Assembly: GCA_025457745.1 (NCBI GenBank) | Contig: JALOTT010000013.1 | Span: 1-41,707, forward strand | DNA from: Verrucomicrobiota bacterium | Lineage (GTDB): Bacteria > Verrucomicrobiota > Verrucomicrobiia > Limisphaerales > JADLHS01 | Direction of reading: 5' to 3' | DNA: 41,707 nucleotides | In this document: piece after piece, positions 7,248 to 15,181 of the stretch | How positions within the stretch are numbered: the first letter of the stretch is position 1 | Layout of the letters: every line of letters begins with the position of its first letter | Notes under the pieces: model-generated | Databases searched by the model: none | What the model was told of the DNA's origin: nothing | What the model saw: only the letters and a program-made list of their open reading frames with translations | Program-made: the position numbers and the translations under genes

Positions 7248-9548
7248 ATGAAAAAAACGTTATTCTGTTTGGCCTTGATGGCGGCTTCCTGCCTGCAAAA
7301 TTTTGCGGCTCCGGCTGAAACTTCCGCGCAACGCGACGCCCGCATGGCGTGGTGGCGCGAGGGGCGGTTCGGAATGTTCATCCACTACGGCCCGGTCGCA
7401 CTGACCGGCAAGGAGATCAGTTGGTCGCGGGCGAATTCGAACACCAACTGCCCGAACAAAGGCCCGACGCCGGTTGCGGTTTACGACAACCTTTACAAGG
7501 AATTCAACCCGACTAATTTCAATGCCGCCGACTGGACCGGGATCGCCAAGGCTGCGGGAATGAAATATGTCGTGCTCACGGCAAAACATTGCGACGGCTT
7601 CCTGTTGTGGGACTCCAAGGTGGACGCCTACAATATCACCGCCACGCCGTTCCAGCGCGACCTGTGCGCGGAATTGGCGCGGGCGGTGCGGGCCGATGGG
7701 TTGAAGCTCGGCTGGTATTTTTCGCCGATGGACTGGCGCGACCCGGATTTTCGCACGGAGCGGAACGGCGCGTTCATTACGCGGATGCAGGGGCAACTGC
7801 GCGAATTGCTGGGCCACTACGGCAAGGTTGATCTGCTGTGGTTCGACCACGATGACCGCGAAGCCGTCTATGACCAGACCAATACCTATGCGCTGGTGAA
7901 AAAATTGCAGCCGCAAATCGTCATTAATAACCGGCTCGACTTGGGCGTCAACCAGGGCAATCGGCTCATGCTCCATCCCCATGCCGATTACTACACGCCC
8001 GAGCAGCAAATCGGTGGTTACGACGACCAGCGCCCGTGGGAAACCTGTATGACGCTCGGTACGCAATGGTCCTGGAAGCCGAACGACAAAATCAAATCGG
8101 CTGCCGAAGTCGTCCGCATTCTCGCCCGCACCGTCGGCGGCGATGGCAACCTGCTTCTGAACGTCGGCCCGATGCCTGATGGCCGCATCGAGCCGCGTCA
8201 GGTGGAAGTCCTCCAAAAGGTCGGCGCGTGGATGGGTGTGAATGGCGAGAGCATTTACGGCACGCGCGGCGGCCCGTGGAAACCGACGGAACAGCTCACC
8301 AGCACGCGCAAGAGCGACGTGGTTTATGTTCATGTCTTGAAGGCAGACGGCGACACGCTGGAACTGCCCGCACTGCCGCGCAACATCAAATCCGCTTCCG
8401 TCCTTGGGGGCGGCGAAATCAAAACCGAAACCAACGCCGGAAAATTCATCCTGCATCTGCCGGCGAAACGCGGTCCGCTGGCCATGGTCATCAAATTGGA
8501 ACTGGACGGCTCGGCGATGAACATTCCCGCAATCACTTTGCCCGAGATTAAGCCAGCCCAGTCTAGTCCCAAAAATGTTCCTATGGTGAGCGCGGCCCGC
8601 GTGAAGCAGTTGCAGGATTTGCAATGGGGCATGTTCATCTGCTGGAGCTTCAGCACGTTCTCCGGCAAGGAGTGGACGCCCGGCGTCAAGGACGTGAGCT
8701 TCTTCAAGCCGACCGGCTGCGACACCGACCAGTGGGTCAAGACCGCCAAGGAAGCCGGCATGGGCTACATCCTGTTTCTCACCAAACACCACGACGGCTT
8801 CTGTCTCTGGGATACCCAGACGACGGATCGCAAGGTGACGAAGAGTCCGCTGGGCCGCGACGTGCTGGCCGACTTGAAAAAATCCTGCGAGAAGCACGGC
8901 CTCAAAATCGCGCTCTATTTTTCCGAGGGCGAGTGGCGTCAACCGGGCGGGCTTGAAGATCCGGCCACTCCCGCGCCGAAGAAGCGCAACCAGGGCGGCT
9001 CAAACGCGGAGCTTAAAAAAGCGCAACTCAAGGAACTGCTCACCCAATACGGCCCGATCGAATACATCTGGTTCGATCACGCCATCGGTGACGGCGGCCT
9101 CAGCCACGCGGAGACCCTCGCATTCTGCAAATCGCTCCAGCCGGACTGCTTCATCGGCTTCAATCACGGCGACCAGACGGGCGCGGACATCCGGCTCGGC
9201 GAGATGGGCCGGCCCGGGCCGCTCAACGATCACGCCGCTGCCGGGCCGCACATGAAAGACGCGCCGAGCCAGAGCTACCGGCTCGCGGAGTTCACCTACC
9301 CGATCCTACCGAAGCACAAAGGCGGCGCGAACTGGTTCTATTCGCTGCCGGAGCACGACCAACTCTGCCTACCAGCGGAGAAGCTTTATGCGGATTATCT
9401 CGGCGCGGTAAAACACGGCAACCTCTTTGCGCTTGATGTCGGCCCGGATTACGCGGGGAAGCTCCGGGACATTGACGTGAAGACGCTGCGCCAGGTCGGC
9501 GAAATGATCCGCAACGGACAGAAAACCGCCCCACCCACCAAACCGTGA
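7248..9548 (+). CDS. secreted protein with two tandem GH29 alpha-L-fucosidase catalytic domains
   Basis: Signal peptide MKKTLFCLALMAASC. Domain 1: WWREGRFGMFIHYG, KYVVLTAKHCDGFLLWDS, VDLLWFDHD. Domain 2: LQWGMFICWSF, GYILFLTKHHDGFCLWDT, IEYIWFDHA. Confidence 0.8.
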   Translation: MKKTLFCLALMAASCLQNFAAPAETSAQRDARMAWWREGRFGMFIHYGPVALTGKEISWSRANSNTNCPNKGPTPVAVYDNLYKEFNPTNFNAADWTGIAKAAGMKYVVLTAKHCDGFLLWDSKVDAYNITATPFQRDLCAELARAVRADGLKLGWYFSPMDWRDPDFRTERNGAFITRMQGQLRELLGHYGKVDLLWFDHDDREAVYDQTNTYALVKKLQPQIVINNRLDLGVNQGNRLMLHPHADYYTPEQQIGGYDDQRPWETCMTLGTQWSWKPNDKIKSAAEVVRILARTVGGDGNLLLNVGPMPDGRIEPRQVEVLQKVGAWMGVNGESIYGTRGGPWKPTEQLTSTRKSDVVYVHVLKADGDTLELPALPRNIKSASVLGGGEIKTETNAGKFILHLPAKRGPLAMVIKLELDGSAMNIPAITLPEIKPAQSSPKNVPMVSAARVKQLQDLQWGMFICWSFSTFSGKEWTPGVKDVSFFKPTGCDTDQWVKTAKEAGMGYILFLTKHHDGFCLWDTQTTDRKVTKSPLGRDVLADLKKSCEKHGLKIALYFSEGEWRQPGGLEDPATPAPKKRNQGGSNAELKKAQLKELLTQYGPIEYIWFDHAIGDGGLSHAETLAFCKSLQPDCFIGFNHGDQTGADIRLGEMGRPGPLNDHAAAGPHMKDAPSQSYRLAEFTYPILPKHKGGANWFYSLPEHDQLCLPAEKLYADYLGAVKHGNLFALDVGPDYAGKLRDIDVKTLRQVGEMIRNGQKTAPPTKP

Positions 9549-9628
9549 ACTCGAATCGGGAATCACCCGCGCCGCGCTCAGTATGCGCGGGCCGAAAAAG
9601 CAGATTCTTATCAGTAATACGGCGGCGC

Positions 9629-11389
9629 TTAAGGGGACGTCGGTTCCAGTTTCAGCGACCTTAAGTTCATTGGTTGCCAGCCTTCCGCAACGGGCTTCAC
9701 CGTCAGCGTCACGCTGCCAGCGGCAAGAAGCAGCGTGCCCGTTAAATTGGTGCGTTTGAATTTGGTGTAATCTTTTGTGGCCGGTGCTGTGCCTTGAACC
9801 TTCTGTCCGCTGGCGAGCACCTCAAATTTCCCTGCGGCTTGCGCCGCGATCTCTGCGGACACCTTGAACTTGCCCGGGCGATCCACTCTGAAAGTCCAGC
9901 TCGCGGAGTCTTCCGGGTTGATCCAATAGCCGATGTTGTCCTTGCCTGCCCCGGATTCGTATTGCAGACCGCCGTGGAGGTTGGCCTCGTTCGCCATCAA
10001 CCGCACCGAGCCGTCGGATTCCTGGACGATGGGGGACATGCCGACCTCCGGCGTGCCTTTAATTCTCAGAACCACTGTCGAAGAGATCTTGTCCGGCGCG
10101 GTCGCGGGAACCTCCACGACCACTCCATCGGCCGTGTTGCGGAATTTCAACTTCCTTCCGCCCGCCAGCAGTCGCGCGGACTTCACGGAGTTCTTCAGGC
10201 CTGGCACGACGAGGTTTCCGTCCGCAGGCCAGTTGAAGACGTGCAGGTAAAGCGTTGTTTCGCCACCGGAGACCTTTTGGGTGCAACGTCCCCACGGCAG
10301 GCGCTTGAACGGCGTCGCCGTCGTTGCGTAAATCGCCTCGCCGTTTACCTTCATCCACGCGCCGACGGCTTTGAGGCGTTCGATGCTCGGATCGGGAATC
10401 AGGCCCTCACGCGTCGGGCCGACGTTGAGCAGATAATTGCCACCCTTGCTGGCGATATCCAAGAGGTTGCGGATGATCGTTTCGGTGGACTTCCAGTTAT
10501 GGTCATAGCTCTTGAACCCCCACGTGTCGTTCATGGTCATGCACGTTTCCCAATCGCGACCGGGAAAACCGGTCGCGGGGATGAACTGCTCAGGCGTTTC
10601 GGTGTCGCCCCGGTAGCCGCCGCCGAGCCGGTTGTTATGGATGATGCCGGGCTTGAGCTTGAGTAGCGGGAGCAGTTTCTCCGCGCGCTCCTGATTCATG
10701 TCCGTGGGTGTGTCCCACCATAACACGACGGGAAACTCGCCGTAGTTCGACAGCAGTTCCTTCACTTGCGGCACGGCGACCTTGTCGATGTAATCGTCCA
10801 TGCTGTGTTGTTGCGCCTTGTCCCATTTACCACCCGCCGCCGCGCCGCCGTTATTCCAGTCCTGCGCTTGCGAATAATAGAAGCCGAGTTTCACGCCGTG
10901 TTTGCGGCATGCGGCAGCGAGTGGCTTCAGCACGTCTTTGCCGTAGGGTGTGCCGCGAACGATGTTCCAGTCATTGACCTTGGAATCAAAATTCGCGAAG
11001 CCGTCATGATGCTTGGCGGTGATGACGATGTATTTCATGCCGGCTTCCTTCGCCAGCCGCACCCACTCATCGGCATTGTATTTCGTGGGGTTGTATTCCT
11101 GTGCGTAACCCTGGTATTCGGCCATGGGGATCTTGCCGTCGTGCATGATCCACTCGCCGATGCCGGAAATCTGCTTGCCGTTGTAAGTCCCCGCCGGAAC
11201 CGAATACACGCCCCAGTGGATGAACATCCCAAACCGCGCCTCGCGAAACCACTTCATGCGGGCGTCGCGTTGCGCGGGGGTTTCGTTGGCGTAGGGATCG
11301 GGTGATTCCGCGCCGGTGGTGAGCGATGGAACGAGCGCCGCCAGCAGCAGGCTCGCCAGGACGAGTTTGGTCTGGATGTCTTTGATCAT
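9629..11389 (-). CDS. GH29 alpha-L-fucosidase with C-terminal carbohydrate-binding-like domain
   Basis: Signal peptide; WFREARFGMFIHWGVYS, KYIVITAKHHDGFANFDS, VVLWWDTP, GGNYLLNVGP. Confidence 0.85.
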   Translation of the reverse strand: MIKDIQTKLVLASLLLAALVPSLTTGAESPDPYANETPAQRDARMKWFREARFGMFIHWGVYSVPAGTYNGKQISGIGEWIMHDGKIPMAEYQGYAQEYNPTKYNADEWVRLAKEAGMKYIVITAKHHDGFANFDSKVNDWNIVRGTPYGKDVLKPLAAACRKHGVKLGFYYSQAQDWNNGGAAAGGKWDKAQQHSMDDYIDKVAVPQVKELLSNYGEFPVVLWWDTPTDMNQERAEKLLPLLKLKPGIIHNNRLGGGYRGDTETPEQFIPATGFPGRDWETCMTMNDTWGFKSYDHNWKSTETIIRNLLDIASKGGNYLLNVGPTREGLIPDPSIERLKAVGAWMKVNGEAIYATTATPFKRLPWGRCTQKVSGGETTLYLHVFNWPADGNLVVPGLKNSVKSARLLAGGRKLKFRNTADGVVVEVPATAPDKISSTVVLRIKGTPEVGMSPIVQESDGSVRLMANEANLHGGLQYESGAGKDNIGYWINPEDSASWTFRVDRPGKFKVSAEIAAQAAGKFEVLASGQKVQGTAPATKDYTKFKRTNLTGTLLLAAGSVTLTVKPVAEGWQPMNLRSLKLEPTSP

Positions 11390-11580
11390 AGCTTCTTCGT
11401 TGGTCCGTTGGTGAGTTCGGTTTGAGTCATAACTTCGCCGGCAGGATGCCGAGTTTCACTTTGTCGTCGAACATATTCTTGGTGGTCTTCTGCGCCCGGC
11501 CGGCTTTGGCTCGTCCTCCGATTCACCAGGACCCCGCGTGTGATTGTTTCCGCATAGAGGGGTCAATAAAGGCAAAGGTG

Positions 11581-11765
11581 TCAATCCCCCTTCATGACCC
11601 ATTCACCTTTACGTGCGACGTTGTATTCGTCGCCGCCTTCCCAGACCTTGAATTCGGCGCCGTGCGCACGCGGCCTTCGCCGGGATCGAGGCGCAGCATG
11701 ATTTCATCCAGCGCCAGCAGGTCATGGGCGCACGAGCCGGCGGGTTTGACTTCAAAATTTGCCAT
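11581..11765 (-). pseudogene. N-terminal remnant of a PfkB-family sugar kinase (KDG-kinase-like), frameshifted and truncated
   Basis: MANFEVKPAGSCAHDLLALDEIMLRLDPGEGRVRTA, then a 1-nt frame change, then EFKVWEGGDEYNVAR. Homology stops there and a stop codon follows. Confidence 0.55.
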
Positions 11766-11874
11766 AAGTTCCCAAGTGGAATTTCAAATCCGAGTTTTCG
11801 GACGTCACAGAATCTGGAAAGAAAACCGGCCAGACTCACCTGTTTTCCAGAAGTTTGAGTTTGGGGTTGGCACT

Positions 11875-11951
11875 GGTTGAGCACGTCACTCCGTGCGCGC
11901 CGTTCGTTTGGAATTTTCAGGGCCGGCGCGCACGGAGTGGCGCGCCCTACC
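11875..11951. repeat. REP/RPE-like palindromic element, copy 2 (degenerate left arm), intergenic
   Basis: ggttgagcacgtcactccgtgcgcgcc, 23-nt spacer, ggcgcgcacggagtggcgcgccctacc. Same arm sequence as 3395-3470. Confidence 0.75.
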
Positions 11952-12132
11952 CAATCCAACGCAAACAAAATCAATTGCCGGCGCGTGGGGTCGGAGGCCC
12001 CGCCTCCGTCGCAGTTGAGCGGGTGCGAAACCAGGTTATCCGAAACAAGGTTTGCCTTGGCGCACGGCGTGTGGTTTATTTTCGCACCGCTTCGCTGGGG
12101 CACGTTGCCCGCGCGTTCGGGTAGAATAAATT

Positions 12133-12546
12133 ATGATAACTCAAGCCAACGGAAACGCGGTCCTCGAAAAAACGCGCGAATTGTGTGAGGCCATCGTGGC
12201 CGCGCCAAAAATGATTTCCATCCGCGAGCGCATCAGCACGTTCATGGCGGACAATAAATCGCGCACGCAGTATGAATCGTTGATGACCAAAGGCCAGGCT
12301 TTGCAGGAAAAACAACAGGGTTCCCTGCCGTTGGCCGGCGAGGAAGTTTCCGAGTTCGAGCGCCTGCGCGAGGCATTGCTCGCCAATCCCGTGGCAACCG
12401 GCTTCCTCGACGCACAGCAGGAACTGCACGAGGTTCAGCAATCCATCCACAAGCATATCTCCAAGACGCTTGAACTGGGTCGCGTGCCCGCGCCTGAAGA
12501 GATCGAGGAAGGTTCGTGCGGCCACGGTTGCGATTGCCATCACTGA
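12133..12546 (+). CDS. YlbF/YmcA-family (DUF964-like) helical protein with a C-terminal Cys/His tail
   Basis: Helical 137-aa protein with a pattern recalled from the YlbF family (..FM.d...r..ye.l..k...LqekQ..G.....eE...fe.l......np....f..Aq). Ends in SCGHGCDCHH. Confidence 0.55.
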   Translation: MITQANGNAVLEKTRELCEAIVAAPKMISIRERISTFMADNKSRTQYESLMTKGQALQEKQQGSLPLAGEEVSEFERLREALLANPVATGFLDAQQELHEVQQSIHKHISKTLELGRVPAPEEIEEGSCGHGCDCHH

Positions 12547-12576
12547 ACCGACGGTCACGACCAACCCCTGCCGGCG

Positions 12577-13434
12577 ATGCCGCGTTCTCCGCAAAAGCAT
12601 CGGTTGCTCGAAGGCGCGCGCGTTTATCTCTCCGGGCCGATGGATTTCGTGGCGTCGCGCGCGGTGGAAAAACAATCCGGCTGGCGCAATCGCGTAAGCC
12701 AGTTTCTCCAGGAGATGGGCGTGACGGTGTTCGATCCCTGGTTCAAACCCGACGTGCGCGGCCTCCACGAATATGGCCGCGAGGACGTGAAGAGCGGCGA
12801 GCGCATCCGCAAACGCTGGACTTACGCGAGCGGCAAAAAAGGTGCGCAGGCGCGGTCGTGGTGCGCGCGGCAGTTCTGGGAGACGTTGCACATTGACCTG
12901 CGGATGGTGGATACCAGCGACTTTTCGATTTCATATTGCCCGACGAACATCTACAGCGTGGGCACGCCGCACGAAATCATCATGGCCACGCTCCAGCACA
13001 AGCCGGTGCTCTTTGTCAGCCCGCCGATTGTGTTCCCGACGCTGCACGAATTGCGCGAACGCTTAAAGAATGACCCGGCCGGCAGCGAAATGTTGAAACG
13101 ATTGGAGGCTGAGATTCCCATCAAGGAAAACCCGCGGGGTATTCCGAGCCTGTGGTACATCCCGCTGGTTGGCGGCGAGAATTTCTTCGACGGTTTTGGG
13201 TTCGCTCCGTATCGGAAACGGTTTGGCTGGCGGACGGAGATCGCCATTGACCGGCACGAAAAGCGATTCCCGCCGCAACGTCCGCTGCTGCCGTTCGTGG
13301 AAAAACTGAACACGCGGCTGCCAAAGAAATGGGACCGCAAGCTCAACCGCTTCGTGCCCGACGACGATTGGCTGCTGTGGGATTTCAACGCGAAGCAGAT
13401 TCGCGGCAAACACGTCGAGTCGGTGCGCAAGTAA
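12577..13434 (+). CDS. hypothetical protein, possibly with a nucleoside 2-deoxyribosyltransferase-like fold
   Basis: VYLSGPMDF near the N-terminus and later SVGTPHEIIMATLQHKPVLFV resemble the NDT-like Rossmannoid pattern. The C-terminal half is unassigned. Confidence 0.45.
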   Translation: MPRSPQKHRLLEGARVYLSGPMDFVASRAVEKQSGWRNRVSQFLQEMGVTVFDPWFKPDVRGLHEYGREDVKSGERIRKRWTYASGKKGAQARSWCARQFWETLHIDLRMVDTSDFSISYCPTNIYSVGTPHEIIMATLQHKPVLFVSPPIVFPTLHELRERLKNDPAGSEMLKRLEAEIPIKENPRGIPSLWYIPLVGGENFFDGFGFAPYRKRFGWRTEIAIDRHEKRFPPQRPLLPFVEKLNTRLPKKWDRKLNRFVPDDDWLLWDFNAKQIRGKHVESVRK

Positions 13435-13498
13435 GCTGATTCAGATTGGAACCGCAGCCGGCTGGCGAACGGCATCCGTTGGTGCGTGCCAGACTTCT

Positions 13499-14137
13499 TC
13501 AGCGTTGATTCCGCCAGTCTTCCATCCGGGCGGCGATCTCCGCTGGTTGCGTTTCGCTGCCCACCTTGACGTTGAGAATGTTCGTGCCGCGTTCGCGATA
13601 GTGGTAGAGTAGGGGCCGCGTCCGCTCCTCGTAAATGACCAGCTTGCGGGCGACCAATGCTTCCGAATCGTCCTGGCGCTGCACCCGGTCTCCGCCGCTG
13701 TTGCGCTTCAAACGTTCGGCAACGGTTCGGGCATCACAGTCCAGTTGAACCACGCCGATGACCGTGATCTTCCAGTCAAGCGCGCAGGCCTGTTGCAGGT
13801 GGCGGGGCAATCCATCGAGCACAAGCAGGTCCGATGGTTGCACGCCTTTTTGAGCAACGAAGGCATCGAGAATTCGGGTGGCCAGCGGGAAATGTTCGTC
13901 CTCGAGCAAAGCGCCTTCTTCGAGGACGCGCCGCAGAAAGCGGACTTCTTCCATTGTGAAAACGCCCGCTCCCTGGCCGGCCACCACCGCGCGAAGATTC
14001 GCGCCAAAGTCGAAATGGTGGCAGCGCCGGCCCCACAACGAAACCTGTTCCAGCCAATCGCCCAGCGGCGATTTGCCGGAGCCGGTTGGGCCCAGGAGCA
14101 GAATGCCCTGAAGATTCATGCGGTCGAATTGCTTCAA
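13499..14137 (-). CDS. adenylate-kinase-like P-loop NTPase (nucleoside monophosphate kinase family)
   Basis: Walker A LLLGPTGSGKSP, an LVLDGLPRHLQQA (AK-like DGFPR) motif and an RxDD segment. An alternative start at 14119 (MNLQG) is possible. Confidence 0.65.
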   Translation of the reverse strand: MKQFDRMNLQGILLLGPTGSGKSPLGDWLEQVSLWGRRCHHFDFGANLRAVVAGQGAGVFTMEEVRFLRRVLEEGALLEDEHFPLATRILDAFVAQKGVQPSDLLVLDGLPRHLQQACALDWKITVIGVVQLDCDARTVAERLKRNSGGDRVQRQDDSEALVARKLVIYEERTRPLLYHYRERGTNILNVKVGSETQPAEIAARMEDWRNQR

Positions 14138-14170
14138 GACGGCTGACGGGCGCGGAGCTTCGGGCCGTCC

Positions 14171-14659
14171 CTACCGCTCTGGGTTGCTGACGTTCGCCAC
14201 GGTCAGGAGCGTATAGCGTTCCTGGTTGTGAACCAACGGGGTGGCCAGCACTTGGAGATGCAGCGTTTCGGCTTTGCCATTCCTTGATCGGGTCAGGTGA
14301 CATTCCTCCATGGCCCGACAACCCTTCAGTCCGCTCAGGATAACGTGGACCGCTCCACATCGGCTGCAAAACCGGCTCGTGCCGCAACCGCTCTCACACT
14401 CGCCGGCATGGATGCATCCCAGCGCCTCGCCAGGACGCAGGCCGATGATCTGGTCCATCGTCTTGTCGGGGACAAGCTCCAAGACATTCTCGCTGGCCAT
14501 CACAATTTGTCGCCGGGAGTTCAGCACGAACAAGTAGTTCAGCGTCGCATTCAGGAGCGTCCGGGCCACGGGCGCCCGGCTGAAGCTGCCGGCCTGCCGA
14601 TGAACTACTTCCAGTGACTCCCGTTCCGCCGGGGCGAAGAAGGTGATTGGAACTTTCAT
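14171..14659 (-). CDS. stand-alone PAS-like sensor domain protein with Cys cluster C-x5-C-x3-C-x5-C-x2-C
   Basis: LLNATLNYLFVLNSRRQIVMASENVLEL...GLRPGEALGCIHAGECESGCGTSRFCSRCG. Start taken at the MKVPITFF ATG, although the ORF extends to 14737. Lies 33 nt upstream of the AK-like gene. Confidence 0.5.
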   Translation of the reverse strand: MKVPITFFAPAERESLEVVHRQAGSFSRAPVARTLLNATLNYLFVLNSRRQIVMASENVLELVPDKTMDQIIGLRPGEALGCIHAGECESGCGTSRFCSRCGAVHVILSGLKGCRAMEECHLTRSRNGKAETLHLQVLATPLVHNQERYTLLTVANVSNPER

Positions 14660-14848
14660 GGGTTTCTCAGCCGTGCTTGTTGCCGCGCGCTTCAAGCACC
14701 GCGTGGTCAATCTCGGCCGTGCGGCGACATTTGGCAATCCGAAACCTGCGCTGAAAATGACTGGCTAACATCCGGGGCGCTTCCTGCGCTCAGGGGTTGA
14801 CGGAAGCTGCCGTCACGTTGCACGGTCCGGCTTTGCGCGACCCGTAAG

Positions 14849-14880
14849 AAAAAAGAGCGGCTTGGTTTTCCAAGCCGCTC
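14849..14880 (-). terminator. intrinsic terminator oriented for the minus strand, with no annotated gene upstream of it
   Basis: Perfect 11-bp stem gagcggcttgg/ccaagccgctc with a 4-nt loop. On the minus strand it is followed by TTTTTT. Confidence 0.5.
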
Positions 14881-15181
14881 CCAACCCCAACCTTAACAGA
14901 AAGAATAGTTACGTCATCAGGCTCTCACGAGAACCGGGCCGTGACAATTCAGGGCAACGCTGGAAATCATCCAGGGGATTCACCGGGAGCGAGGGGTGGC
15001 GGCTTCAATTGGCAGCCCGCCAATCGGTTCCGACAATTTCGCCGCCGGTTCGGGGTCGGGGCCTGGCGAGACGCGCTGGCTGCGCAAATTTGACTGGCTG
15101 TGCGAAAACTCTCCGTTGACTTTCCATTTCGTCAGGTAAACTGGCCCGGACGAAAAATGCCAGTTCGCCGTTGATCGAACA

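Noticed and set aside
7260-8942. 560-aa minus-strand ORF. Similar long antisense ORFs occur at 15488-17278, 18630-19892, 22645-24249, 26145-27101, 33402-34400, 38401-39621, 29423-30514 and 12076-12891
   Set aside because: Each lies antisense to a gene with strong family motifs. All have Arg/Ala/Gly/His-rich, low-complexity compositions typical of shadow ORFs in high-GC DNA.
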